A DNA stretch of 23,094 nt, taken from contig JAKFCT010000072.1 of NCBI GenBank assembly GCA_036676495.1, positions 1-23,094 on the forward strand. Direction: 5' to 3'. How positions within the stretch are numbered: the first letter of the stretch is position 1; each line of letters starts with the position of its first letter. The notes under the pieces were generated by a model. It was not told where the DNA came from. It made no database searches and saw only the letters and a list, made by a program, of their open reading frames with translations. The stretch is from Candidatus Sericytochromatia bacterium (GTDB lineage Bacteria > Cyanobacteriota > Sericytochromatia > S15B-MN24 > UBA4093). The translations under genes and the position numbers were made by a program. This document shows positions 1 through 10,374 of the stretch, piece by piece.

Positions 1-19
1 CACGAGGGGAGTGATACCG

Positions 20-193
20 TTGGCAGAAATTCGCCTCGCAGAAAACGAGTCGATTGAAAGCGCCCTCAAGCGCTTCAAGAAGAAGATCCAGAAGGCCGGC
101 ATTCTTTCTGAGATCAAGCGTCGCGAGCGCTACGAAAAGCCGAGCGTTCGCCGGAAGCGGAAGTCAGAAGCCGCCCGGAAGCGCCGCTCCTAG
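20..193 (+). CDS. rpsU: 30S ribosomal protein S21
   Basis: [13 protein letters not shown]...[23 protein letters not shown] is the S21 pattern; likely TTG start at 20 after GAGGGGAG SD (ORF track start 11). Confidence 0.97.
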   Translation: MAEIRLAENESIESALKRFKKKIQKAGILSEIKRRERYEKPSVRRKRKSEAARKRRS

Positions 194-242
194 TCTTCGG
201 CGACCGCCGTCGACGACGGTGCAGACGCGACAAGACAAGCGT

Positions 243-278
243 GGGGACAGAGCATGGCAAGCCAGGCTCTGTCCTTTC
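243..278 (+). terminator. probable intrinsic terminator after rpsU
   Basis: GGACAGAGC(245-253)/GCTCTGTCC(266-274) stem with inner TGGC/GCCA, followed by a short TTT. Confidence 0.6.
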
Positions 279-292
279 GCTTCGCGACGCGG

Positions 293-298
293 TATGAT
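293..298 (+). promoter_or_regulatory. possible -10 element for phoH operon
   Basis: TATGAT downstream of the rpsU terminator; no convincing -35. Confidence 0.35.
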
Positions 299-301
299 GA
301 A

Positions 302-377
302 CCGTCTAAAATTGCCCCATCGGAGCCGGGGACTTGCATTCCTGCGGGTTTTGAGTGATGCTCCGAGGGTCAGACGG
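302..377 (+). ncRNA. candidate structured leader or hairpin RNA upstream of phoH
   Basis: Four stacked helices: CCGTCT/AGACGG, GCCC/GGGT, TCGGAGC/GCTCCGA, GGGACTTGCA/TGCGGGTTTT (many G-U pairs). Confidence 0.4.
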
Positions 378-409
378 ACCGGTAGCCGTCGAATCCCGAG
401 AAGGACTGC

Positions 410-1384
410 ATGATCCAAATCTCCATTCCGATCCGCAACGCGCAACGCCTTTTCAGTCTCGCAGGCGTCAACGAGGAAAACCTCCGCCTCATCGAGCAAG
501 AGCTGGGAGTGGAAGCCCATCTTCGCGGCGAAGCGATCGAACTTGCCGGCGACGAGGCCTCGCTGAAGATCGGCCGCCGCCTCTTCGAAGAGCTCGAGGC
601 CTGGAGCGAGGAAACGGTCGTGGGGTCCTCGGATCTCCAGTACGCCCTGCGCAAGCTGCGCCTCGAGCCCGAGGCCCCGGTGGGCGCGCTCTACGCGGAG
701 ACCCTGCTCACGACGCCCCGCGGTAAGCCGGTTCGGGCCAAGACCCTGACCCAGCGGGAATACGTGCGGGCGATCGCCGACCACACCCTCACCTTCGGCC
801 TCGGCCCCGCCGGCACCGGCAAAACCTACCTGGCCGTCGCCATGGCCGTCAACGCCTTGCGCGAGAAGCGCGTCAGCCGCATCATCCTGACCCGCCCCGC
901 CGTCGAAGCCGGCGAAAGCCTCGGCTTCCTGCCCGGCGACTTCCAGGCCAAGGTCGACCCCTACTTCCGCCCCCTCTACGACGCCCTCCACGAGATGCTC
1001 GAAGCCGAGCGCTTCGGCAAACTGGTCGAGCGCGGCGTCGTCGAGATTGCCCCCCTCGCCTACATGCGGGGCCGCACCCTCAATGACTCCTTCATCATCC
1101 TCGACGAGGCCCAAAATACCACCCCCGAGCAGATGAAGATGTTCCTGACCCGCATCGGCTTCGGATCGCGCGTGGTCGTCACCGGAGACGCCTCCCAGGT
1201 CGACCTGCCGCGCGGCAAGAACTCCGGCCTGCGCGGTATCGAGGCCCTTCTCGGCCGGATCCCCGGCATCGCGTTCATCCGCTTCGGCAAGCAGGACGTC
1301 GTGCGCCATGACCTCGTCATGCGCATCGTCCAGGCTTATGAGGAATACGAGGAGCGACAGCTTGGCAAATCGGTTCATCGCTAA
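410..1384 (+). CDS. phoH: PhoH-like ATPase (YbeZ/PhoH family)
   Basis: Walker A GPAGTGKT, LTRPAVEAGE.LGFLPGD, RGRTL, DEAQN, VVRH motifs; conserved position next to ybeY. Confidence 0.96.
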   Translation: MIQISIPIRNAQRLFSLAGVNEENLRLIEQELGVEAHLRGEAIELAGDEASLKIGRRLFEELEAWSEETVVGSSDLQYALRKLRLEPEAPVGALYAETLLTTPRGKPVRAKTLTQREYVRAIADHTLTFGLGPAGTGKTYLAVAMAVNALREKRVSRIILTRPAVEAGESLGFLPGDFQAKVDPYFRPLYDALHEMLEAERFGKLVERGVVEIAPLAYMRGRTLNDSFIILDEAQNTTPEQMKMFLTRIGFGSRVVVTGDASQVDLPRGKNSGLRGIEALLGRIPGIAFIRFGKQDVVRHDLVMRIVQAYEEYEERQLGKSVHR

Positions 1385-2918
1385 CCTCAAGCCCCTTCCC
1401 CAAGCCCCCGAATGGTTCTCCCGCTGGTGGGGGGATCTGGCCACCCATCAGTGGCTGGCGCCCATCCTCTCGGGCTTGGCCATGGTCTACATCCTCGTGC
1501 AGATCCGGCCCAACTGGTGGCCCGGCGGGGTGAGGCCGGATTGGTGGCTGGTCGAGCCCGTCGTCCCGCTCAACGCCGTCTCGGTGCTGGGCGTCATGGG
1601 CCTGGTGGGCATCGCCCTCTACCTCTACACCACCTTCCTGCGCCTGCATGACCCGATCGTGACCCAGGACCGCCGCCGGATCTACTTGATCGCGCTGGTC
1701 TCCGTCGGAACGTTCGGGATCCTCTGGCTCCTGGACTCCCTGCACGCCTCGCCCTACCTCTTGCCCTTGCCGGCGGCGGCCATGCTGCTGAAGATCTTCG
1801 TCAACCCCGTGGTGGCCATCGTGACCACGGCGGTCATGGCGATCCTCGGAGGCGTGGCGCATGGCAGCACGGGCCTCGGTCCGGTCATCGTGGGCATGGG
1901 CGCGTCGCTCGCGGCGGTCTTCGCCGTGCCCCGGATTCGCCAGCGGGCGGATGTCGCCCGAGCAGGCCTGATTGCGGGCCTCTTCGGCGCCACGTTGACC
2001 TCCGTGATTGGCATGATTTCCGGGGGGCACCCCATGCTCTGGGGGCCGCATGCGCTCTGGGCCGCCGTGGGGGGCGTCGGATCGGCGATTCTCGCCGTCG
2101 GCATCCTTCCCTACTTCGAGGGCCTCTTCGGCATCACCACCACCTTCAAGCTCATGGAGCTGGCCAACCCCAGCCAGCCCTTGCTGCGCTACCTGCTGAT
2201 GAAGGCCCCCGGCACCTATCACCACTCGATTCTCGTCGGCAACCTGGGTGAGGCCGCCGCGGAAGCAGTCGGAGCGGATCCCCTGCTGGTCAGGGTGGGG
2301 GCGTACTACCACGATATCGGCAAAACTAAGCGCCCTTACTTCTTCATCGAAAACCAGATGGGCATGGAGAATGCCCACGACAAGATCTCGCCCCACCTGA
2401 GCGCCCTGGTCATCCAGGCCCACGTGAAGGAAGGCCTCGAGATCGCCAAGGAGTACGCGCTGCCGCAGGACGTCACCCGCTTCGTCTCGACGCACCACGG
2501 CAAGTCCTGCATCGCCTACTTCTACCACCAGGCCTGCGAGGCCGACGGCTCCGATCACGTCGACGAGGATCACTTCAAGTACCCGGGGCCCCGTCCCAAC
2601 ACCAAGGAAGAGGCCATCGTCATGTTGGCGGATGCCTGCGAGGCGACCGTCCGGACCCTCAAGAACCCGACTCCCGAGCAGATCGAGCAGACCATCCGTC
2701 GGCTCATCAACAAGCGGCTCAACGACGGAGAGCTCACGGAGGCCCCGTTGACCCTCGCGGAGATCGAGATCATCGCCCAGACCTTCCTCAAGATCGTCCA
2801 GGGCCTCTACCACCAGCGGATCGAGTACCCCGAGCAGCTGATGAAGGATCTCAAGCGCGACGCGCGGGATCCCAAGCGGGAATCGAAGGAAAAGAAACTT
2901 GGAAGTCTACCTGGATAA
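1362..2918 (+). CDS. 7TM-HD (HDIG) phosphohydrolase, PgpH-like putative c-di-AMP phosphodiesterase
   Basis: Multiple hydrophobic helices, then APGTYHHS, YHDIGK, HHG, FKYPGPRP, MLAD..EA, HQRIEYP; TTG start at 1362 after GAGGAG, overlapping the phoH end. Confidence 0.9.
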   Translation: MANRFIANLKPLPQAPEWFSRWWGDLATHQWLAPILSGLAMVYILVQIRPNWWPGGVRPDWWLVEPVVPLNAVSVLGVMGLVGIALYLYTTFLRLHDPIVTQDRRRIYLIALVSVGTFGILWLLDSLHASPYLLPLPAAAMLLKIFVNPVVAIVTTAVMAILGGVAHGSTGLGPVIVGMGASLAAVFAVPRIRQRADVARAGLIAGLFGATLTSVIGMISGGHPMLWGPHALWAAVGGVGSAILAVGILPYFEGLFGITTTFKLMELANPSQPLLRYLLMKAPGTYHHSILVGNLGEAAAEAVGADPLLVRVGAYYHDIGKTKRPYFFIENQMGMENAHDKISPHLSALVIQAHVKEGLEIAKEYALPQDVTRFVSTHHGKSCIAYFYHQACEADGSDHVDEDHFKYPGPRPNTKEEAIVMLADACEATVRTLKNPTPEQIEQTIRRLINKRLNDGELTEAPLTLAEIEIIAQTFLKIVQGLYHQRIEYPEQLMKDLKRDARDPKRESKEKKLGSLPG

Positions 2919-3345
2919 TTCGCAGCCCCTTCCCCTCGATGAAGCCGTCTGGCGCGATCGCCTGGAAACCCTGATGCGGCTGGAAGGCTTGCCGGAAACT
3001 GCGCAGGTCTCGGTCAGCTTCGTGGACGATGCCGCGATTCATGCCTTGAACCGGGAGCACCGCGGGATCGATCGCCCCACGGACGTGCTTTCCTTTCCGC
3101 AGTTCGAGCCCGACGAGGAGCTTCCCGAGGGCATGCCGCACGTGCTCGGAGATCTGGTCGTTTCGGTGGAGACGGCGCGCCGCCAGGCCGAGGAGTACGG
3201 CCATGGCGAGGAGCGTGAGATCGCCTTCCTCCTGGTGCATGGCTTCCTCCACCTCCTGGGCTACGATCACGAGACCCCCGAGGAAGAGACCGAGATGCGC
3301 GAGCAGCAGCGCATCTTGCTCGATCGCCTGGGAATCTCCCGCTAG
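2899..3345 (+). CDS. ybeY: rRNA maturation endoribonuclease YbeY
   Basis: PTDVLSF and HGFLHLLGYDH metal-binding motifs. Confidence 0.97.
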   Translation: MEVYLDNSQPLPLDEAVWRDRLETLMRLEGLPETAQVSVSFVDDAAIHALNREHRGIDRPTDVLSFPQFEPDEELPEGMPHVLGDLVVSVETARRQAEEYGHGEEREIAFLLVHGFLHLLGYDHETPEEETEMREQQRILLDRLGISR

Positions 3346-3366
3346 CGGTTCCCCCAGGAGAGACGC

Positions 3367-3741
3367 GTGAGATTCAAGGCGCATAGCCTACTGGCCAGTT
3401 TCAAGTACGCCGCGGCGGGCATCTACTTCATGCTGCGCACGCAGCGCAACATGCGGGTGCACGTGGCTGCGGGGTTAGCCACCTTCGGCCTGGCGATCTA
3501 CCTGGGCCTTCCGGGCCTTCAGCTGTCGCTGATCGCGATCGTGAGCTCGCTGGTGGTGATCTGCGAGATGTTCAACACGGCCATCGAGAACGCGGTGGAC
3601 CTGGCGACGCACCGGCGCCATCCCCTGGCCAAGGCGGCCAAGGACGTGGCGGCCGCCGCCGTGCTGGCCGCGGCCTTGAACGCCATCTTGGTGGGCCTGA
3701 TCTTGCTGGGCCCGCCGCTAATGGAGCGCTTCGGCCTCTAG
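3367..3741 (+). CDS. dgkA: DgkA-family diacylglycerol/undecaprenol kinase
   Basis: SFKYA..G, QRNMRVH, EMFNTAIENAVDL, AKAAKDVAAAAVL; AGGAG SD before GTG. Confidence 0.93.
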   Translation: MRFKAHSLLASFKYAAAGIYFMLRTQRNMRVHVAAGLATFGLAIYLGLPGLQLSLIAIVSSLVVICEMFNTAIENAVDLATHRRHPLAKAAKDVAAAAVLAAALNAILVGLILLGPPLMERFGL

Positions 3742-3751
3742 CACGCGGCGC

Positions 3752-4885
3752 TCACGGCGCTTCGCGCCAGACGGGCAGGGTGAACGTGAAGGTCGCCCCG
3801 GCCTGGGGAGTGCTTTCGAGCCAGATCCGCCCGCCGTGGAGGGCGATCAACTCGCGGCTGATGGCGAGTCCCAGCCCGGTTCCCCCGTACCGCTTGATGT
3901 TTTCCGCCTGGGTGAAGCGCTCGAAGAGGCGCTGTTGCTCCTCGAGCGGGATGCCGATGCCGGTGTCCTTGACGAAGACCTGGACCTCGGAGTCGCTCTG
4001 GCGGGCTCCGACCGAGACCGAGCCTCCGGGCTCGGTGAACTTGACGGCATTGCCGACGAGGTTGACCAGGACCTGGATGATTCGCATGGCGTCGACTTCG
4101 ACCAGCGGGAAGCGCTCGGGAAGGGGCAGCGCCGCCAGGGAGACGCCCTTGCGCTGGGCGATGGGCTGGACCTTCTCGACGGCGTTTTCGATCAGGATCT
4201 CGAGGCGGACGGGCTCGCAGTGCAACTCGATGCGGTTGGCCTCGAGCTTGGACATGTCCAGCAGGTTGTTGATCAGCTCCAGGAGGTCGCGCCCTCCCTG
4301 GACCATGCGGCGCAGGACCTCGATTTGCTGGGGGTCGAGTTCGCCGTAGAGCCCCTCTTCGAGGAACTCCCCGTAGCCCAGCAGGGAGGTGAGGGGCGTG
4401 CGGATTTCGTGGCTGACCGTGCTCAAGAGGTCGCTCTTCTGGTTGGCGAGCCGTTGCAACTCGTCCTTGGAGCGGGTGAGCTCCGCTTTTTGCTCCTGTA
4501 GCTCGCGGTTGAGCCGCCGCATGTTTTCGTTGAAGTCCTCGAGGGTCTTGGCGTAGCGCTCCAGGCGCTGGATGTCGTCCTGGCGCTCGCGCGCGAGGTT
4601 GCGATACGCCGTCGTGAACGCGAACAGGGCTTCGAAAAGCAGGTCCGAGGCACGCTTGACCGCATCATTGCCCCCTCCGACCGAACAGCGCCGCAAGGCC
4701 TCGTGGTGGACGGCCAAGAGCACGTCAGGCCCCAGTTCCCGCGCGATCATGCTCCGCCCGAGCCGCGCGGCACGCTTCCGCAGCGATCCCTCCGGGTGCT
4801 GGAGGTACGCGCAGAGCAAGTCCTGGTAGCTCGCAAGCAGCTCCTGGAAGATCTCCTCGGCCACCCACTGGGTGGTGATCTGCAC
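3752..4885 (-). CDS. cytoplasmic sensor histidine kinase (RsbU_N-like domain, coiled coil, HisKA, HATPase_c)
   Basis: H-box SHEIRTPL, N-box NLVGNAVKFT, G1 DTGIGI, F-box LFERF, G2 GGTGLGLAI; no TM helix; GTG start at 4885 after GGAGGGA SD. Confidence 0.93.
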   Translation of the reverse strand: MQITTQWVAEEIFQELLASYQDLLCAYLQHPEGSLRKRAARLGRSMIARELGPDVLLAVHHEALRRCSVGGGNDAVKRASDLLFEALFAFTTAYRNLARERQDDIQRLERYAKTLEDFNENMRRLNRELQEQKAELTRSKDELQRLANQKSDLLSTVSHEIRTPLTSLLGYGEFLEEGLYGELDPQQIEVLRRMVQGGRDLLELINNLLDMSKLEANRIELHCEPVRLEILIENAVEKVQPIAQRKGVSLAALPLPERFPLVEVDAMRIIQVLVNLVGNAVKFTEPGGSVSVGARQSDSEVQVFVKDTGIGIPLEEQQRLFERFTQAENIKRYGGTGLGLAISRELIALHGGRIWLESTPQAGATFTFTLPVWREAP

Positions 4886-4917
4886 GGCCGTCCCTCCACT
4901 CTTCCCGTCGCGCCTGA

Positions 4918-4946
4918 AGCATAACACGGGAATTCGCGGGGCTTAA
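4918..4946 (-). promoter_or_regulatory. sigma70-type promoter of the histidine kinase
   Basis: Minus strand TTAAGC-17 nt-TATGCT with extended TG. Confidence 0.45.
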
Positions 4947-5056
4947 GGCGCGGTTGGCCTTCAATAATCCGTCCATTCTGACCGTCCGGCTCCCGCCAGC
5001 CCGCCCCGTGCTCCCCCGCCCGACTCGGGCCCCATGTTCCAGGCGTCCCGCCATGC

Positions 5057-5067
5057 TGTGCTATAAT
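5057..5067 (+). promoter_or_regulatory. extended -10 promoter for the corC-pyrG-cdd-era unit
   Basis: TGTGCTATAAT (TRTG plus perfect TATAAT) in a GC-rich background, about 57 nt before the ATG. Confidence 0.65.
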
Positions 5068-5124
5068 GACCCTGTGCGCGTTCGCGCGCGGCACCCGACT
5101 ACCACCGAGGCGTTTACACCCAGG

Positions 5125-8137
<3,013 letters not shown>

Positions 8138-8140
8138 GCC

Positions 8141-8545
8141 GTGATCGTTGACCGCGAAGCGCTGATTCAGACGGCCCGAGAGGCCGCCCAGCGCGCTTAC
8201 GTTCCCTATTCGAACTTCCCGGTCGGAGCGGCCTTGCTCACCGATCGCGGGGAGATCATCACCGGCTGCAACGTCGAGAATGCCTCCTACCCGCTCACGA
8301 TGTGCGCGGAGCGCACGGCCATCGGAGCCGCCATCTCCCAGGGCGCCGGAAAGGTCGTGGCCGTGGCCGTCTCCGCCCCCAAGGCGAAGCCCTGCACGCC
8401 TTGCGGCGCCTGCCGCCAGGTCCTCTACGAGTTCAACCCCGACATGGAGGTGATCCTGGACAGCGGCGACGCGGATCACCTGATCCTGCCGCTTACCGAG
8501 CTGCTGCCTCACGGCTTCAACAGCCTCTCGCTGGAGAAGGCGTAA
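8141..8545 (+). CDS. cdd: cytidine deaminase (homotetrameric type)
   Basis: AYVPYSNFPVGAA, GCNVENASY, CAERTA, PCGACRQ. Confidence 0.97.
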   Translation: MIVDREALIQTAREAAQRAYVPYSNFPVGAALLTDRGEIITGCNVENASYPLTMCAERTAIGAAISQGAGKVVAVAVSAPKAKPCTPCGACRQVLYEFNPDMEVILDSGDADHLILPLTELLPHGFNSLSLEKA

Positions 8546-9438
8546 TGGCGGACGCGCAGTTCCGCTCGGGCTTCGTCGCCATCGTCGGACGGCCGAATGT
8601 CGGCAAATCCACCCTCCTGAACAAGCTCATCGGACAGAAGATCGCGATCGTCTCGTCCAAGGCCCAGACCACCCGGCATCGGATCCGGGGCGTCTTCAGC
8701 CGGGACGACGCCCAGGTGGTCTTCCTGGACACGCCGGGCATCCACAAGCCGCTTCACCTCCTGGGCGAGCAGCTGGTGAAATCCGCGGTCGACACCCTCT
8801 CCGAGGTGGACCTCGTGCTCTTCCTGGTGGATGGGCGCACCTCGGCGGGTCGGGGCGATCGCTACGTCGCCGAACTCGTCTCTCAGGTGAAGAAGCCGGT
8901 CCTGCTGGTGATGAACAAGCTCGACTCCGGCAAGGCGGATCCCGAGGTCGAGGCCTCCTACCAGGAGCTCGGGGAGTTCGTCGGGACGCACGTCATCTCT
9001 GCGCTTTACGGCAAGGGCGTGGAGCCGCTGATCAAGGATCTCATCGCGAGGATGCCCGAGGGGCCCGCCTTCTACGACCCCGAGGAGATCACGGATCAGA
9101 CCGTGCGGACGCTGGCCGGAGAGCTGATTCGCGAGCAGGTGCTGCGCCTGACCTCCGAGGAGGTCCCGCACTCGGTGGCCGTTCGTGTCGATCAGTTCGA
9201 GGAGCGCGAGGCCGGCCCGACCTACATCCACGCCACGGTCTTCGTCGAGCGCGACAGCCAGAAGGGCATCTTGATCGGTCACAAGGGCGAGATGCTGAAG
9301 CAAATCGGCACCCAGGCCCGCGAGGCGATCGCCAAGATGCTCGACGGCAAGGTCTACCTCGAGCTGCACGTGAAGGTCCTTCCCAACTGGCGCAAGGAAG
9401 CCCAGGCCCTCAAGCGGCTCGGCTACATCATGGATTAG
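8545..9438 (+). CDS. era: GTPase Era
   Basis: GRPNVGKS, QTTR, DTPG, NKLD, EEVPH, SQKGILIG KH motif; ATG overlaps the cdd stop (TAATG). Confidence 0.98.
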   Translation: MADAQFRSGFVAIVGRPNVGKSTLLNKLIGQKIAIVSSKAQTTRHRIRGVFSRDDAQVVFLDTPGIHKPLHLLGEQLVKSAVDTLSEVDLVLFLVDGRTSAGRGDRYVAELVSQVKKPVLLVMNKLDSGKADPEVEASYQELGEFVGTHVISALYGKGVEPLIKDLIARMPEGPAFYDPEEITDQTVRTLAGELIREQVLRLTSEEVPHSVAVRVDQFEEREAGPTYIHATVFVERDSQKGILIGHKGEMLKQIGTQAREAIAKMLDGKVYLELHVKVLPNWRKEAQALKRLGYIMD

Positions 9439-9449
9439 TGTCCAAGGGA

Positions 9450-9522
9450 CGTCACTCCCGCAAAAGCGGGAGTCCAGTGACCGACCCTGAGGGACTGGAT
9501 TCCCGCCTGCGCGGGAATGACG
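9450..9522. repeat. inverted REP doublet (CGTC-REP / dRS3-like palindromic element)
   Basis: CGTCACTCCCGCAAAAGCGGGAGTCCAG (9450-9477) and inverted copy CTGGATTCCCGCCTGCGCGGGAATGACG (9495-9522), each self-palindromic, 17-nt spacer. Confidence 0.85.
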
Positions 9523-9533
9523 AGTTGGGCGTC

Positions 9534-9562
9534 GTGACAGGCTTTCGGCGCCATGGGATAAT
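9534..9562 (+). promoter_or_regulatory. sigma70-type promoter for recO
   Basis: GTGACA-17 nt-GATAAT with extended TG; 6 nt before the GTG start. Confidence 0.55.
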
Positions 9563-9568
9563 GGCCTC

Positions 9569-10303
9569 GTGTCCACGTACCTGACGCAAGCGATCACCTT
9601 GAAGACCCATGCCGTCGGCGAGTACGACAAGATCCTGGTCTTGTTCAGCCGCGAGCATGGGGTGAGGCGCGCGATCGCCAAGGGGGCCCGCCGCCCCCAG
9701 TCCAAGCTCGGAGGCCGCTCCGAGCCGCTTTGCCATAACCAGTGGCAGCTCGCCCGCGGCAAGCGCATGGACGTGATCGCCCAGTGCGAGACCCTCGACG
9801 CCCACGGAGCCCTGCGCCGCGATTTCGATCGCCTCATGGCGGCCCTCTACGTGGCCGAGGCGACGGGGGCCTTCATCGACGAGCTTCAGCCTTACCCCGA
9901 GGTCTTCGACGCCCTCGCGGCGATGCTCACGCACCTCGAGGAGGCCGAGGCCGTGGACCTCTCGGTCCTATGGTACGAGCTGCGCCTCTTGGATCTTCTC
10001 GGCTATCGACCGGAATTCGATCACTGCGTCGCGTGCGACTCAACCCTGGGGACGGCCTGCGCTTTCCACCCCGAGATGGGGGGCGGGCTCTGCGACTCCT
10101 GCTCTCCGATGCTAAGGGGCATGCGCCTCATGCCGGGCACGCTCGCCGTCATGCGCCGGCTCTTGGACATGGAGGCGCCGCCGGGTGGGGGCATGAGCGT
10201 GACCCCGGCGCTCTTGGCCAACGCCCGGGCGGCGATGCGCGAGGCGATCGCCTGCCGCACCGAAACCCGCCTCAAGACGGTGGACCTCCTCTCCCGGCTC
10301 TGA
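9569..10303 (+). CDS. recO: DNA repair protein RecO
   Basis: GEYDKILVLFSREHG..RAIAKGARRP.SKLGG, LGYRPEFDHCVAC and GGGLCDSC zinc motifs; follows era. Confidence 0.96.
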   Translation: MSTYLTQAITLKTHAVGEYDKILVLFSREHGVRRAIAKGARRPQSKLGGRSEPLCHNQWQLARGKRMDVIAQCETLDAHGALRRDFDRLMAALYVAEATGAFIDELQPYPEVFDALAAMLTHLEEAEAVDLSVLWYELRLLDLLGYRPEFDHCVACDSTLGTACAFHPEMGGGLCDSCSPMLRGMRLMPGTLAVMRRLLDMEAPPGGGMSVTPALLANARAAMREAIACRTETRLKTVDLLSRL

Positions 10304-10309
10304 TTCAGT

Positions 10310-10315
10310 TATACT
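10310..10315 (+). promoter_or_regulatory. possible -10 for the GDE/AI-2E pair
   Basis: TATACT just after the recO stop; strong GAGGAGG SD downstream; no clear -35. Confidence 0.35.
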
Positions 10316-10374
10316 AAGGCAAGCAACGCTGCTATGCCCCGCGCCGCCGTGCGCCTCAACGAGGAGGAACGCGC

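Noticed and set aside
4954-5124. N-terminal extensions in the ORF track (corC 4954; also HD 1308, pyrG 6473, era 8302, AI-2E 12534, small ORF 15787, acpP 19243, kinase 4927)
   Set aside because: Downstream starts fit SD positions, gene overlaps, promoters and family N-termini better
9450-9522. CRISPR repeat or IS end interpretation
   Set aside because: Two inverted units rather than direct repeats with spacers; no cas or transposase gene in the window
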